Positions 62,768 to 64,000 of a stretch of DNA of 64,000 bases are shown here, piece after piece. Position 1 is the stretch's first letter, and every line of letters begins with the position of its first letter. The notes under the pieces are model-generated. The model was given only the letters and a program-made list of their open reading frames with translations. It was not told the origin of the DNA and ran no database searches. The DNA lies in the NCBI GenBank assembly GCA_040220235.1, contig JAVJTO010000051.1. One strand, 5' to 3'. The position numbers and the translations under genes are program-made. This DNA comes from Coleofasciculus sp. B1-GNL1-01 (lineage in GTDB: Bacteria; Cyanobacteriota; Cyanobacteriia; Cyanobacteriales; Coleofasciculaceae).

Positions 62768-63396
62768 TTACCGCCCTCAAAGTTGAGGTTCCCATCGCCT
62801 GTTTCCGTGTCTCCCGCGCCAGGGAATATGCCCAAACTTATCCGGTTCCGCCTCCAGCTACGGTTTATGGTATGCTTTTATCCATGGTGGGAGAAATGGA
62901 TCGATATCGGTATTGTGGGACTAAGTTAGCGATCGCACTATTAAATGAGCCGGAAAAATCCACCATCCTCCGCACCTTTCGCCGATTCAAAAAGAAGCAA
63001 ATCTTTGATCCCACGAATGCCCGTCCTGATTATCAAGAGTTACTCAGTGATATTCAGTTTATCGTCTGGGTAGCCTCTGGAAACGACAACGCCCAACCAA
63101 CATTATGCCAACGATTAACCGAGGCGATCGCGAATCCAGAAACGGTGGATCGATTTGGTGGGTTAAGTTTGGGTGAAAGTCGGGATTTAGTCAATGCGAT
63201 TAATTTGTTACCGGAAGACTATCGGGGTGAATCCCTACGCTGGTTAGTGCAGCAGGAGGATGGTTTGTTAACATTACCCTATTGGGTGGATCACGTTGGT
63301 TCAAAAGGAACCCGTTGGCAACGATTTCAGTTACTTCCTCCCCGTGAATGGTGTCAACCGCCGGATAATGCGTGGATAGAGATTCGGGTGGAGTAA
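62764..63396 (+). CDS. cas5: Cas5 (Cmx5/DevS)
   Basis: VPIACFR..YPVPPPATVYGMLLSMVGE; RPDYQELL; LSLGES; LPYWVDHVGS. Confidence 0.93.
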   Translation: MITALKVEVPIACFRVSRAREYAQTYPVPPPATVYGMLLSMVGEMDRYRYCGTKLAIALLNEPEKSTILRTFRRFKKKQIFDPTNARPDYQELLSDIQFIVWVASGNDNAQPTLCQRLTEAIANPETVDRFGGLSLGESRDLVNAINLLPEDYRGESLRWLVQQEDGLLTLPYWVDHVGSKGTRWQRFQLLPPREWCQPPDNAWIEIRVE

Positions 63397-63398
63397 TT

Positions 63399-63661
63399 TG
63401 CAAGCATCTGTGTCTGTTGAGGGTTTGAAGGCTGGGGAATAGGGTGCAAATCCAGACAGGGCTTGGGTTTGCGGCTAGTTCAAGGGTGGGGGAGATGCTT
63501 GCAAAATGCTGGAATTCCTCTCAGGGTAAGGGTTATAGCGTTTTGGGTTTTGGCAAAATTAGCCAAATTTGAGTCAATTTTGGCGTGAGGAGAGTTGGAT
63601 TAGGGAGATGCTTGCAAAACCGATTGGCAGCCATTATGATTTAAGGGTTCGCGCGATCGCG
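63399..63661 (+). promoter_or_regulatory. CRISPR leader 2 (TTGCAA 63612-17 / 17 bp / TATGAT 63635-40)
   Basis: Close copy of leader 1. Confidence 0.85.
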
Positions 63662-64000
63662 GTGCTATTACCTTTGATGCCGTTAGGCGTTGAGCACAGG
63701 ATATTTTGGCTGATTTATAGCATTTTTGTCTAAGGTGCTATTACCTTTGATGCCGTTAGGCGTTGAGCACGATAAGTACTTTTGTAAGTATCCTCGCTTT
63801 AATTGTGCTATTACCTTTGATGCCGTTAGGCGTTGAGCACATCAATCAGCATGAAGAAAGCAGCCAGCAACTTAATGTGCTATTACCTTTGATGCCGTTA
63901 GGCGTTGAGCACCGTTGTCCAGTGGTACTTGAATCAGTTTCCTGAGTGCTATTACCTTTGATGCCGTTAGGCGTTGAGCACACTATCCTCCTTAATATTC
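63662..64000 (+). CRISPR. CRISPR array 2 (continues past the window): 5 repeats GTGCTATTACCTTTGATGCCGTTAGGCGTTGAGCAC
   Basis: Repeats at 63662, 63735, 63805, 63877 and 63946; differs from array 1 by one loop base (GTTA vs GTAA). Confidence 0.97.

Noticed and set aside
53171..64000. Type I-B system as a CAST effector for the nearby tnsB
   Set aside because: It has intact cas3 and cas4/1-cas2 and no tniQ/tnsC. The tnsB relic looks V-K type and is separated from it by feo genes.

Overview
Cyanobacterial chromosomal window: HIP1 octamers (GCGATCGC) are dense, and GTAG-type REP-like palindromes are frequent. The gene content suggests a filamentous, possibly mat-forming strain (inference). 1-42 kb is mostly housekeeping and signalling genes: Ser/Thr kinase, a G8/PKD/PA14 protein, a flavodiiron protein, cysK, an orphan KaiC2-type protein, two histidine kinases, sodC, purF/purL and cheR. 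It also holds a two-gene graspetide (ATP-grasp RiPP) cluster and a PEP-CTERM gene frameshifted at a G7 tract. Directly after tRNA-Ala(CGC) lies a decayed Tn7-like element resembling type V-K CAST. It retains a left end, a tnsB fragment, and cargo of a crippled YeeA/YeeB/YeeC RM-like system plus TA genes. A split feoB and feoA follow, then a complete type I-B (MYXAN/DevRS-type) CRISPR-Cas locus with two arrays. The top finding is a promoter-driven degenerate mini-array between cas2 and cas6. Its single spacer matches the -10 box of the predicted cas6-operon promoter at 11 of 12 nt, with the only mismatch at position 6, directly behind an ATG PAM. This makes it a candidate crRNA-like autorepressor of the Cascade operon. 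All family assignments come from motif recognition; no searches were run.
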